Shown here piece by piece: positions 12,961 to 25,421 of a stretch of 64,000 nucleotides of DNA. The stretch covers positions 30,644,815 to 30,708,814 of the forward strand of contig NC_057720.1 of the NCBI RefSeq assembly GCF_004010195.1, in the 5' to 3' direction. The DNA is from Chiloscyllium plagiosum. Its lineage: Eukaryota. Position 1 is the stretch's first letter, and every line of letters begins with the position of its first letter. Below the pieces are notes generated by a model. That model made no database searches, was not told the DNA's origin, and saw nothing but the letters and a program-made list of their open reading frames with translations. Made by a program: the position numbers and the translations under genes.

Positions 12961-13502
12961 CAACACATTCTCAACGGTAACTATGATAGTTCGATCGGCC
13001 AAGCCCACATCCTATGAATAAAGTTTTAAAAAAGGTTGTTCTACACGTGGCACAGAGTAAAGTGAGTTTCTGCTTTCAAATTAAGAATGAGGTGTAGTCT
13101 TGTTGATGGGGAGATTTGTGGAGCCTTCTCCACTGAGTTGTTTAATTGTCCAATATCATTCATAACTGGATATTGCAGTACATCAGAACTTACATCTGAT
13201 CCATTGGTTATGGAAAGCTTAATCCTGTCCATCACATGCTGCTTTTACTATTTAGCTTGACAGACTAGACAGAGATTGTTACTCCTGGCCAGGGAAACCC
13301 AGATCACAAGGACACAGCTGAGCTAGATAAAACTTTTGCTCTCTCCAGGAATCAAGGAAATTGGACAGCAGGTGTGAAAGTAGAGTTGAATCAAGAGGTC
13401 ATCCATGATCTTTATCAATGCTGCTGCAGACTGGATGGGTCATTTAGCCTATTATTACTCAAATTTCATATATTCTTATAAAATATTAAACAAACATCGT
13501 GT

Positions 13503-13638
13503 GCCACGATGGCTCAGTGGTTAGCAGTGCTGCCCTACAACACCAGGGACCTGGGTTCAATTCCACCCTCAGAGGGTCAGTGTGGACTCAATGGGCTGAA
13601 TGCCCTGCTTCCACACTGTAGGAATTCTATTCTATTCT
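13503..13638 (+). mobile_element. Internally deleted tRNA-derived V-SINE (head joined to tail)
   Basis: A box tggctcagtgg and B box ggttcaattcc, directly followed by the CR1-derived tail and (ttcta)n. Confidence 0.75.
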
Positions 13639-13647
13639 AAAAGTGAA

Positions 13648-13995
13648 TGGCACGGTGGCACAGCGGTTAGCACTGCTGCCTCACAGCGCCAGAGACCGTT
13701 CAATTCCCGCCTCAGGCAACTGTCTGTGTGGAGTTTGCACATTCTCCCAGTGTCTGCATGGCTTTCCTCCAGGTTCTCTGGTTTCCTACCACAGTCCAAA
13801 AACATGCAGGTTAGGTGAATTGGCCATGCTAAATTGCCCGTAGTGTTAGGTGACCATGCTAAATTGCCCGTAGTGTTAGGTGAAGGGGTAAACGTAGGGG
13901 AGTGGGTCTGGGTGGGTTGCTTTTCCAAGGGTCGGTGTGGATTTGTTGGGCTGAAGGGCCTGTTTCCACACTGTAAGTAATCTAATCTGATCTAA
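13648..13995 (+). mobile_element. tRNA-derived V-SINE (HE1-like), full length
   Basis: tRNA head, V-domain tgtgtggagtttgcacattctcc, (tctaa)n tail; internal 30-bp tandem duplication at 13824-13883. Confidence 0.9.
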
Positions 13996-14892
13996 AATAA
14001 GATTTTCAGGCAAGTCAGATCTTTGGAGTACTCAGAGAAGATAGTGTGTGTATTATACTAAGACTGGTAGCATTCTGTCAAGCTAAATTGTTAAATTTTC
14101 CTAGCTTTCCATAAAATTATGAACCACAATTCTGAAACGTTGTGGTCTGAACTGCCCATGTGCATCTCCATATTTAATTACTGAATGTGGCAGGAAAAGT
14201 TTGGGCTAGCTTTCCAACCAGAACAATTAGGCCAGCAGGGCATTCACACAAATTAATGAAAACTGACGTCAAAAAGATCTTAAGAAGAAAATATTTATTC
14301 AGGAAGTGACAATGCTTGGGATGATCTGCCAGATAACCAACTACAAAGATATAAGCACATCTTCTGTTTTCCTGTGTTCAAGAAATGAAAATCCAATTCA
14401 AGAGAGATTAAAAATTTGTTTTCCTTTTGACATTCCTTTAAAAGCAGGTTAAACCATTATGATACTGATGGCAAGATCAGACCTGTTGGTCAAAAACAAT
14501 TCTCCAACTGTCAGGCTTACGTGAATTGCATAATTGAGATAGTTCCAATTCCACAGACCATGCATGAACATAGATTTCAGAGTATGATCACACTGGGGAC
14601 AGAGGAACATAAAGTGGAGTTCTTGGATGATTTACCAATGTAGCATTGACTCATACAGACCAGGAGGTCTCAAGTTCAATCTTCCAGCTGAATAAACTAG
14701 CAGAACATAGGAGTGCCATAACTAGCCACAACATCCTGAGATGAGAGCAAATAAAAAAAATTACCCAACGCTGACCCCTTCACTGGATGAATACCGGATG
14801 AGAATAAACAGACATCTGTGATTGAACAGTTTTCGTGTTAAACTCCCATTAAATCAGTTCCAATTATTAATAGTCTCAGTTCATTTTCATAC

Positions 14893-14996
14893 CTGAGCTT
14901 TTTCTTAGTTCGCAAATAAGTCTGGAAGAGGAATTGGATAGCTAGTTTCATGCTGACTTTCGCCATGGTCTGGTACATAGGGTGTTTCAGTTTAGT
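14893..14996 (-). CDS. USP24: USP24 exon: TKLKHPMYQTMAKVSMKLAIQFLFQTYLRTKKKL
   Basis: Hand translation; gtag acceptor, gtatga donor; 104 nt. Confidence 0.93.
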
Positions 14997-15629
14997 CTAC
15001 AGGGAGAAAGCACATAGAATGATAAAAACTAAATTGTAAGAAAGTTAAAATTTTAGGAATTAAAGTATCAAGTGAGCTAGATTCGAAGTGATACAGGAGT
15101 AAAAAAGCACTGTGCTTATACAAGCCCCCATTTCTTGTTCGGCTTTTGACAATTTGCTGATACTTGTTTAAACAAGCAAAGATGGATTTCCTTGAGCAGT
15201 CTGCCTGCTTTACAGCTTAATCACTATTTATTGTCAGCATTGGTTAATGACACTGGCCAAGGCATGCACAGGATGTAATGCCCACCAAGAACTATGTACA
15301 TACTTTGATTAATTTAAATATTTAGTTTCAATTAATCAGAAGTTTTATTTTTTTTTAAAAAGTTGACTAACTGCTACTGCAGATACAAGCAAAATATGGA
15401 ACTCATACACAGGTTAAACAGGGGGAAAAAATTACATTGATGAAAGTCTGACCATGGTCTCAGATTGTCTCCATTTGCTTCACAACTAATCAACAGTCGT
15501 TGGACTTCAAAAATAATTGTGTAGTAAACACAGCAGCTAATTTCACACAGTAAGGTCCCAAAAAGTAGGCTAACCTCTGTCTCAACAAATAAAATAAAAA
15601 AAACTGAAAGCCCTGCAAATCGTGTAAAT

Positions 15630-16216
15630 AAGAAACAAAAACAGAAATTGCTGGAAGAGCTCAGCAGGTCTGGCAGCAAATGTGGTGAAAAATCAGAGTT
15701 AATGTTTCGGGTCAAGTGACCCTTCCCCGCAGGACAAGATCTAGAGTAGTATGTGCAGTTCTGGTCTCCGTTATAGGAAGGTCATTATTAAACTGGAGAG
15801 AGTTCAGAAAAAAATTACCAGGATGTTGCCAGGAATGGAGGGTTCTAGATAGAAAAATTGAATATGCTGGGATTTGTTTTCACTGGAGTGTAGGAGGTTG
15901 TGGGGTTCCCCTTTAGAGGTTTATAAAATCATGAGAGCAAGATTTGAGAAGATTTGTAGCTCAGGTTGAGATTCTGGCCGCAGGTTTGCTCACTGAACTG
16001 GAAGGTTCGTTTTCAGATGTTTTGTCACCATACTAGGTAACATCTTCAGTGAGCCTCCGAATGAAGTACAGGTGGTGAAGCTCGCTTTCTATTAAAATGT
16101 TTGAGTCAGAGGGAAATGGGTTTGGGTGGGTTACTCTTTGGAGGGTCGGTGTGGACTTGGTGGGCCGAAGGCCCTGTTTCCACGCTACAGGGAATCTAAT
16201 CTAATCTAATCTAATC
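15630..16216. mobile_element. Cluster of fragments: PLE-derived short element, CR1 piece, PLE 3' terminus (minus strand, ~15940-16105) and V-SINE tail with (tctaa)n
   Basis: Each piece resembles other copies in this window. Confidence 0.7.
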
Positions 16217-18202
16217 GCAATTATTAGTAACTAATAAGTAACATCAATGTGCTGAAACTATTTATGATAGATTCTTAGCCTTTTATCAATGTTCATTAAA
16301 TTGCATTCTGTTGAAGGAAATTGTAGCTTCAAGTGTTACAAAATGCATTCTTATGTTATGGTTTCACTGTTTCAAATAATGTTCAACCCCCAACAGGAAA
16401 AAAACAGAAGACACTTTACCACTACCTTCTTAAACTATGTGACTTAACTCATGCTACACTTTGGACTGCCACAGGAGTATTTAAGGCACTCGCACTACAA
16501 GTCAAACACGACATGACCAACATTTACTAAGAGCAGCAGCAGTCTTCCCATTAAGCTGGCCTTTGCTAGCTTGGATAATTTCACATTTAATTTGCAGCTA
16601 ATGGCTTGAGTTGGTGCTGGAAAACCAGGGGCAGATTACATGTCTCATGCAATCTTAAAATTCTACTGCCACCAGTCAGAAGAGGATACATTTTTTAACC
16701 TTTGAATGAACACAAATATGACAATGGTTAAAAAAGTCCATTGCACAGATCTGCCACTTTGAGGTATCACTAAATGTTTCTGAAGGGATTGTTGTTTGTA
16801 AGCCCATTGGGTTAACAAAAATCTTAACCAGAGGAACAAATCTTCAGCAAAGATTTAACACAATACACATTGTAATCATAACCGAACACTGGGGCCAAGG
16901 TTTCTGTGCAGCAATCAAAAAAGCTAATGTCTCTCAATTTTTAAAATTTATAAATTTCCAAATCAATAATTGATGAATGCATGAAATATAAGCAGGACTG
17001 ACTATAGAACACACTCATTGCAATTTATAAGAAATGTATTTTTTCAAGATGAATTAAAAGCGCAGTTTAAGTAATAATATTTAAATGAGATCTACCGTTC
17101 TTTTCAAGATCCCCAGCTGTACAGCAGACATGTTTTCAGTGATAAAGTTGTAAGACTGCTTCATTTGACAATGGAGGAGTTAAGAACTAGAGTTGCATGC
17201 ATGACATTATTAGTATTTCTCAATCACCAGTTCGCTTGCGTTTTGGTTTTGATTTACAGGTTTTTATGGGGTTGGGGGGATGGGGAAAAGGCAACTCATG
17301 AACTACGAGGCACGTACAATACATTTTAGTTCCATCTTCAGTTTACTTGAACAGCTGCAGTTCTGGCAAGAGGGGAACTAAAACCATATGGTGCTATTTT
17401 ACTTTGGTAAAAATAAGCCAAGTCCATGCTGTAAAGGACCATGAATTCTGGTATACTTGTTTTTGAAGGTTTTCAAGGAATGGTGACAATTAAGGGTGGT
17501 ATTGGCCTCTATACTGATATAAATAATAGTGATACTAATGTTGCTCGCTGTTATTTGTTAACAAACTTTATTGCAACTTCAGGTGAAGAGCAATGAACAG
17601 TTAAACCTGGACATGCAAACACTTCTTTGCAAGTAGCACTGTTCTATCATTTAGTTTCACAAAACAGCACCTTGTGGTCTGCTTCACCACTAAACAGCAC
17701 TGAATGTCTTGAAGGTACAGTATTTGCACAAGGACTGCAACTGCTCATGAAGTCATTGCCATCATCTTCTCAAAAACAACCAGGAATGGTCACTAAGCGT
17801 TGGACTAGTGAGCAATACCACATCACATAAATAAACAAAATTGAACACCAGAAACCAATTACAATCACCACACAAATTTAAGTTCGGGTATTTATTTGCT
17901 AAACCAAAAGAAAAATCTTAATGCAATGTGTTGTTTCTGATACAGATGACATGTCATTTTCATTGCCTTTTAATGGTATAAGGGCATTAAGTTTCTCTCA
18001 GCACACTACCGCATATACTTCAAATATGGATTGGGTTTATAATAACCATGGACTTGCCTATGAAAACAACATTTTGCACTGTAAAGTTTTTGGGAAGAAA
18101 TCTGAATCATAATGGATAGGTGAAAGGGATTTAGTTTATTTTGGGTGTGACAGCTAACCAGACAAATCGCCAACAGTACCTGACCACAGAAAAGACACTC
18201 AC

Positions 18203-18298
18203 TGCGTTGAGTGAAATCAAGGAAAGCATGAAATTGAAGTAGTCACTGTTGAAAACATCTCTGTTTTTCATGAACTTCAGGTTCTCATCTCGTACCAT
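18203..18298 (-). CDS. USP24: USP24 exon: MVRDENLKFMKNRDVFNSDYFNFMLSLISLNA
   Basis: Hand translation; ttag acceptor, gtgagt donor; 96 nt. Confidence 0.93.
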
Positions 18299-18750
18299 CT
18301 AATAGAGACAAAAGGACACAGACTACATGGTTACAGATGTTTCCACTAAAGAAATAATGTGAAGCGTTCCTGTTACCAATGCAAAAACTGATACAGAGTT
18401 TGGAAATTATGCAGCTCTTGTTGTAACTGACGATTAATAAACACAAACACAAATAGAGCGCATCTTTTCAGGGAAATTCTTTCTTTTCAACGTTATTCCC
18501 AAGCCCCTCACACAAGATTAGAATTAGGCATGTGGAAGCTGAAAAGCCAATCCACTTTTAATGACCTGACGCATAGTTTTCTCTGTGCACTCAATAAACA
18601 GAATGACATACAAGGAATACAACATCAATAAGTACATTCTAAAAATGCTTTCAAAGTGTGAAAGCAACTAACATGTCCAATTTGGAAGGAGGCTTGTGAG
18701 GAACATAGACACTAGTATCAGTAACAGTTCAGTCAAGGGCTTTCTGCACA

Positions 18751-19087
18751 ATTAGATTAGATTAGATTAGATTAGATTAGATTAGATTAGATTAGATTAC
18801 AGTGTGGAAACAGGCCCTTCGGCCCAACAAGTCCACACCGACCCGCCGAAGCACAACCCACCCATACCCCTACATTTACCCCTTACCTAACACTACGGGC
18901 AATTTAGTATGGCCAATTCACCTGACCCTGCACATCTTTGGACTGTGGGAGGAAACCAGAGCACCCGGAGGAAACCCACGCAGACACGGGGAGAACGTGC
19001 AAACTCCACACAGTTAGTCGCCTGAGGCGGGAATTGAACCCGGGTCTCTGGCGCTGTGAGACAGCAGTGCTAACCACTGTGCCGCCC
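18751..19087 (-). mobile_element. tRNA-derived V-SINE (HE1-like), young, with an (attag)9 tail
   Basis: Intact A/B boxes and V-domain, CpGs retained; perfect pentanucleotide run at 18751-18795. Confidence 0.92.
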
Positions 19088-19629
19088 TCTAATAAGTTCC
19101 CAACATTATCCTTCACCCTTAATGAGCACGTAAATTAAGTTAGGTTTTCTAAAACAGTGAAATATCTGGAAGAAAATAAAGCATGTTACTAAATGAGTAC
19201 AATAGATTTCAAGCAAAATTTGGATTTTTGGGGACAAAATTCATAGGTGAAATTTCCAACTGAAAAATTACAAATTAATGCATCAACATTCTATCTTAAC
19301 CCTCTGTCGCTCAAATAAACCTCGCAGTTACTTTTATCTCATCTGAATGACGACCGTACAATAACAACATTGGCAACAAACCACAGCACATTCTCGGTCA
19401 CGTTTTGGTAGTTTCTGATATCAGTTCAGGCTGCACACAAACACTCAAGGCTGGCACATTCACCAAGTTTAAAACAGACAGTCAGCTCAACAGCACTAAA
19501 GTTAATCATTTTTTCAGCTTTAACAATTTTGTAGGCATTTTGACCATAGCATAATTTTCAATCATCAACTGCTCAGTGGATACTCCTAGCGTTCCATGTC
19601 ATGGAAAGCTAGCAAATAACTGATTTCTT

Positions 19630-21580
19630 CCTTGTAATTCCTCTCACTTTCTGCAGGGCAAAGATATGGGCATGGGTACCAGCATGGGCCTCAGTTATGC
19701 CTATGCCTTTGTGAGGTAGATGGAACATTCCTTGTTTCAGATCTGCTCAGGTTCCTCCGCACAACTTTCTCCAGAACACTGATGAAATTATCAGTGTGGC
19801 TTCCTTCTCTTGTTCTCAACTGGAAGGATTTATCAATTTTGCTTCTAATGTTCACCCTGCCTTCACATGCATTTGGTCTATCTCCAACTCCTCACTTCAC
19901 TTTCACAATATCCTTGATCCTTACATACTATCCCTCACCTACTTATCAGCCTCTGTATCCAAAGAATTGTAAGCCATCATTTCTGTCACCTCCAATGGGA
20001 TGCCACAACTAGTTTACTGATTTCACAAAATTGGAGGTGTAATGGACAGTGAAGAAGGTTACCTCAAGAGTACAACAAGATCTTGATCAGTTGGGCCAAT
20101 GGGCCAAAGATTGGCAGATGGAATTTAATTTAAATAAATGTGAGGTCCTGTATTTTGGAAAAGCAAATCAGAGCAGGACTTATACACTTCATGGTTAGGT
20201 TTTGTGGAGTGTTGCTGAACAAAGAGATCTTGGAATGTAAGTTCAGAGATCCCTGAAAGTGGATTTGCAGGTAGATAGGTTAGTGAAAGTGGCATTTAGT
20301 ATGCATGCCTTTACTGGTCAGTGCACTGAGCATAAGAGTTGAGATATCATGCTGTGGCTATACAGGACATTGGTTAGGCCACTGTTGGAACACTGTGTGC
20401 AATTCTGGTCTCCATGCTATGTTGCGAAACCTGAAAGGATGTTGCCAGGGTTGGAAGGTTTGAGGTACAGGGAGAAGACTGGGGCTAATCTCCCTGGAGC
20501 CTCGGAGGCTGAGGAGTGACCTTATAGAAGTTTATAAAATCATGAGGAACGTGGACAGGGTGAATAAATAAGGTCTTTTCCCCAGAATGGGGATGTCCAA
20601 AACTAGAGTTTAAAGGTGAGAGGGGTAAGATTTAAAAGGGATTTAAGGACAGCATGATGGCTCAGTGGTTAGCACTGCTACCTCACAGGACCAGGGACCC
20701 GGGTTCAATTCCCGCCTCGGGCAGCTATCTGTGTGGAGGTTGTACATTCTCCCCGTGTCTGCATGGGTTTCCTCAGGTGCTTCGGTTTCTTCCCAAAATC
20801 CAAAGATGTGCAGGTCAGGTGAATTAGTCATGTCAAATTGCCCATAGTGTTGTGTGTATTAGTCAGGGGTAAATATAGAGTAGGGAATGGGTCTGGATGG
20901 GTTACAATTCAGAGGGTTGGTGTGGACTTGTTGGGCCAAAGGGCTTGCTTCTATACTGTCGGGAATCTAATCGAATCTAAACTTGTTCAAGCAGGGGTTT
21001 TTAAAATCATGAGGGGAAGGAGAGGGTGAATAGTCAAGGACTTTTTCCCAGGAAATGTGAGTTAAAAGCTAGAGAATATAGGTTTAAGGAGAGAGGATAA
21101 AGGTATAAAAAAGATGTAAGGGTAAACTTTTTCACGCAGAGGGTGGTGCGAATATGGGAATGAGCAGCCAAAGGAAATGGTGGCGGCTGGTACAATTACA
21201 ACATTTAAAAGACATCTGGATGGGTGTATGAATAGGAAGGGTTTAGACAGATAAGTGCCAAATGCTGGCAAATGGGACTAGATTAAATTTAGGATATCTG
21301 GTTGGCATGGATTGGTCTGTTTCCGTGCTCTACAGTTCTATGACTCTGACTAGGCATGCATTCCCCACCCCTCCCCTCCCCCGTCAGCATTCCACGTGGA
21401 GTGTTCCATCTGAGATAGCTTGGCACAGTCCTCCTCCACTCATTTTATCTCCCTCATCCTCATGGCATCTTACCATATAATTGCAGAAGGTGTAACACGT
21501 ACCAGTTCACTACCGCCTTCCTCATTCCAGAGGTAATTTCAGGTGAAGCAGTAACTTACCTCTACTTCATTCAATCTTAT
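19630..21580 (+). mobile_element. Old PLE RT remnant (19630-20010, 21350-21580) split by CR1 3' fragments (20012-20645, 20997-21350) and a V-SINE (20647-20980)
   Basis: MGTSMGLSYAYAFV resembles PLE motif B; CR1 ADDTKI/WQMEFN-type remnants; SINE A/B boxes. Confidence 0.75.
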
Positions 21581-21651
21581 AGGATTGCAGGGTATTTTGG
21601 GACCTCCTGTTGCTGAAAGGTGCTAAGTAGATATCCTAGAATTTGTGGATA

Positions 21652-23810
21652 TATAGTCATAAAAAAGAAACAGACCCTTCGGTCCAACCCGTCCATGCCG
21701 ACCAGATAAACCAACCCAATCTGCCAGCACCCGGCCCATATCCCTCCAAACCCTTATTACTCATATACCCATCCAGATACCTTTTAAATGTTGCAATTGT
21801 ACTAGCCTCCACCACTACCTCTGGCAGCTCATTCCATACACGTACCACCCTCTGTGTGGTAAAGTTGCCCCTTAGATCTCTTTTATATCTTTCCCCTCTC
21901 ATCCTAAATCTATGCCCTCTAGTTCTGTACTCCCTAACGCCAGGGAAAACACTGTCTATTTATCCTATCCATGCCCCTCATGATTTTGTAAGCCTCTATA
22001 AAGGTCACCCCTCGGCCTCCGACGCTTCAGGGAAAACAGCCCCAGTCTCTTCAACCTCTCCCTATAGGTCAAATCCTCCAACCCTGACAACATCCTTGTA
22101 AATCTTTTCTGAACCCTTTCAAGTTTCACAACATCTTTCCAATAGGAAGGAGACCAGAAATGCATGCAAAATTCCAACAGTGGCCTAACCAATGTCCTGT
22201 ACAGCCGCAACATGACCTCCCAACTCCTGTACTCAATACTCTGACCAACAAAGGAAAGCATACTAAACGCCTTCTTCACTATCCTATCTACCTGCAACTC
22301 CACTTTCAAGGAGCTATGAACCTGCACTCCAAGGTCTCTTTATTCAGCAACACTCCCATACGACCTTACCATTAAGCGTATAAGTCCTGCTAAGATTTGG
22401 CTTTCCCAAAATGCAGCGCCTCGCATTTATCTGAATTAAACTCCATCTGCCACTTCTCAGCCCATTGACCCATCTGGTCAAGATCCTCTTGTAATTTGAG
22501 GTAACCTTCGCTGTCCACTACAGCTCCAATTTTGGTGTCATCTACAAACTTACTAACTGTACCTCTTATGCTCGCATCCAAATCATTTATGTAAATGTCA
22601 AAAAGTAGAGGACTGATCCTTGTGGCACTCCACTGTTCACAGGCCCCTAGTCTGAAAAACAACCCTCCACCACCAACCAGCTTTGAGCCAGTTCTGTATC
22701 CAAATGGCTAGTTCTCCCTGTATTCTGTAAGATCTAACCTTGCTAACCTGTCTCTCATGGGAAACCTTGTCGAATGCCTTACTGAGGACCATATAGGTCA
22801 CATCTACCACTCTGCCCTCATCAATCCTCTTTGTTACTTCCTCAAAAAACTCAATCAAGTTTGTGAGACATGATTTTCCACACACAAAGCCATGCTGACT
22901 ATCCCGAATCAGTCCTTGCCTTTCCAAATACATGTACATCCTGTCCCTTAGGATTCCCTCCAACAATTGCCCACCACCGACGGTCAGACTCACTGGTCTA
23001 TACTTCCCTGGCTTGTCCTTACCACCTTTCTTAAACAGGGGCACCATGTTAGCCAACCTCCAATCTTCCAGCACCTCACCTATGACTATCGATGATACCA
23101 ATATCTCATTAAGAGGCCCAGCAATCACTTCTCTAATTTCCCACAGCGTTCTAGGGTACACCTGATCAGGTCCTGCCGGTTTATCCATCTTTACCTGTTT
23201 GAAGACATTCAGCACTTACTCCTCTGTAATATGGACATTTTGCCAGGAGTCACCATCTATTTCCCTACATTCTATATCTTCCATATCCTTTTCCACAGTA
23301 AATACTAATGCAATATACTCGTTTAGTATCTCCCCCATCTCCTGCAGCTCCACAACAAAGGCTGCTTTGCTGATCTTTATGGGGCCCTATTCTCTCCCTA
23401 GTTACCCCTTTGTCCTTAATGAATTTGTAAAAACCCTTTGGATTCTCCTTAATTCTATTTGCCAAAGCTATCTCATGTCCCCTTTTTGCCCTCTTAATTT
23501 CCCTCTTTGTATTCTTATAAGGATTCATTCGATCTATGTTGTCTGAACCTGACATATGATTCCTTCTTTTTCTTAACCAAACCCTCAATTTCTTTAGTCA
23601 TCCAGCATTCCCTATATCTACCAGCCTTTCCTTTCATCCTAACAGGAATATACTTTCTCTGGATTCTCGTTATCTCGTTTCTGAAGGCTTCCCATTTTCC
23701 AGCCGTCCGTTTACCTGCGAACATCTGCCCCCAATCAGCTTTTGAAAGTTCTTGCCTAACACCGTCAAAATTGGCCTTCCTCCAATTTAGAACTTCAACT
23801 TTTAGATCTA
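21652..23810 (-). mobile_element. 5'-truncated CR1 LINE (HER1-like): RT domain and 3' UTR, frameshifted
   Basis: ORFs 23515..23724, 22637..23215, 22390..22662, 21965..22327 and 21657..21902 with YRPVSLT, QHGF, KAFDKV, FVDDTK, LERVQKR. Confidence 0.95.
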
Positions 23811-23990
23811 TCTACTGCCTACTTTGACTTTAGGCAGTAAAGGAGAAATGGCGGGACTGCGTATCAGAGAGGCTCATAATACTGACTCCAAGAAATGCCT
23901 GAAAACATGACTTTTTACAAAATCTCTTTCAATATCCACTTTACTAACTGAATCTATTATGACTTCAGTTAAATATTAGCCAATTCTTAC

Positions 23991-24141
23991 CTGATAAATT
24001 CTGGCTGGTAACTTTTCAACAAAGAGTCCCTTCTTCTCCCCCTTCTTTACCAGCTTAGTTAACAGGGAAAGGCGGTCGTTGTTTGGTCTATGTGGACGAG
24101 GTGACGACTGAGGTGAAACCTCAGGTGAAGAGGGAGCTGAT
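23991..24141 (-). CDS. USP24: USP24 exon: SAPSSPEVSPQSSPRPHRPNNDRL...LPARIYQ
   Basis: Within ORF 23976..24221; gtag acceptor, gtaaga donor; 151 nt. Confidence 0.95.
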
Positions 24142-24424
24142 CTACCAAAAGTAACAACATGTACAAACCACAGGGTTAAACTCCAACAGCAAATAAGAAA
24201 ACCCTCTTCTGCACCAGTCAAGGGCTCTTATACTCAGGATATACAGCTTATCAAGTTATTCAGGAAATTAAAACCTACATGAGGAAAAGTCAACAAAGCC
24301 ACCAAAAGACAACAAATTGTGAGGATTCTGAAAATCTGAAATAAAAATTTGGAATCACACATATGCAGCAGCATCTGCATTAAGAAAAACAAAGTTAACA
24401 TTTCAGGTGAATGATCTTTCAACA

Positions 24425-24935
24425 GAACATATATAAAAAAAAGTATGGAAATAGTCTCTTCGGTCCAGTCAGTCCATGCCGAACATAATCCCAAATGAAA
24501 CTAGTCCCACCTGCCTGCTCCTGGCTCATATCCCTCCAAACCTTTCCTATTCAAGTACTCATCCAAATACCTTTTAAATGCTGTAATTGTACCCACATCC
24601 ATCACTTCCTCAGGATGTTATTCCACACCCAAACCACCCTCTGTGTAAAAGAATTTGCCCCTCATGTCTTTTTAAAAATCTCTCGCCTCTCATCTTAAAA
24701 ATGTGCCCCCTAGCCTTGAAATCGTGCAAACTAGGGAAAAGACAACTATCATTAACTCTATCTATGCCCTTTGTTATTTTATAGAATTCTATAAGGTCAC
24801 CTCTCAACCTTCTGCGCTGCAATGAAAAGTGGCATTTCCAAGTTTCCTCCAGCCTATCCAGCCTTTCTTTATAACTCAATCTTCCACACCCAGCAACATC
24901 CTGGTAAATCTCTTCTGAACCCTCTCCAGCTTAAC
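24425..24935 (-). mobile_element. CR1 3' fragment nested in a PLE-derived palindromic element (arms ~24305-24425 and ~24960-25035)
   Basis: ORF 24610..24879 with RRRLRGDLIE; the flanks are mutually inverted. Confidence 0.8.
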
Positions 24936-25279
24936 AACAAATAATGAAATACCATAGACCCAAGACGCTAAAATTCTCTCTTCTTAGATGCTATCTGAAC
25001 TACAGTATTTTAACAGCATTTACTGTTTTTATTCGACAAAGACATTATTTACTTTTCAATTAGTTCATGTCAGAATTCATGATCTCGTTTTTAAAGAGTG
25101 AAGATGCAGTGAATGATGACATTTGGAATTCATTCTATTTTGCAGAGGGACTTAGATTTGGTACCAGTACTCCTTGAGGATATAAGGAAATAAAACATAC
25201 CAGAAATTCAGATTTGTAGGAATGGTATGAATATGACCACTTACATAATTAATGGAATGTTAATGATCATTTTACTTAC

Positions 25280-25421
25280 AATGATAGATCCTCTGCTTCC
25301 TGACGAACAACACTGACTCGGCTTTTCTTTGGTAAAACAGGGGAATTTTGGTCTAACGTTCGCTGGTAAAACAACATGTAGGCATTCCAGTATCGACGAC
25401 GGACTTCAGGATAGGGATTTG
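25280..25421 (-). CDS. USP24: USP24 exon: NPYPEVRRRYWNAYMLFYQR...QEAEDLS
   Basis: NAYMLFY motif ending the USP domain; taag acceptor, gtaagt donor; 142 nt. Confidence 0.95.

Noticed and set aside
13648..13720. tRNA gene-like A/B box sequences here and at the other SINE heads
   Set aside because: They continue into SINE bodies and tails; these are SINE heads, not tRNA genes
16540..16640. TAAT-rich non-repetitive intronic block, possible conserved enhancer
   Set aside because: Conservation cannot be judged without alignments; such motifs are common in AT-rich DNA
18751..18798. (attag)n run as telomeric or CRISPR-like repeat
   Set aside because: It is the expanded tail of the adjacent SINE; no spacers, and the context is eukaryotic
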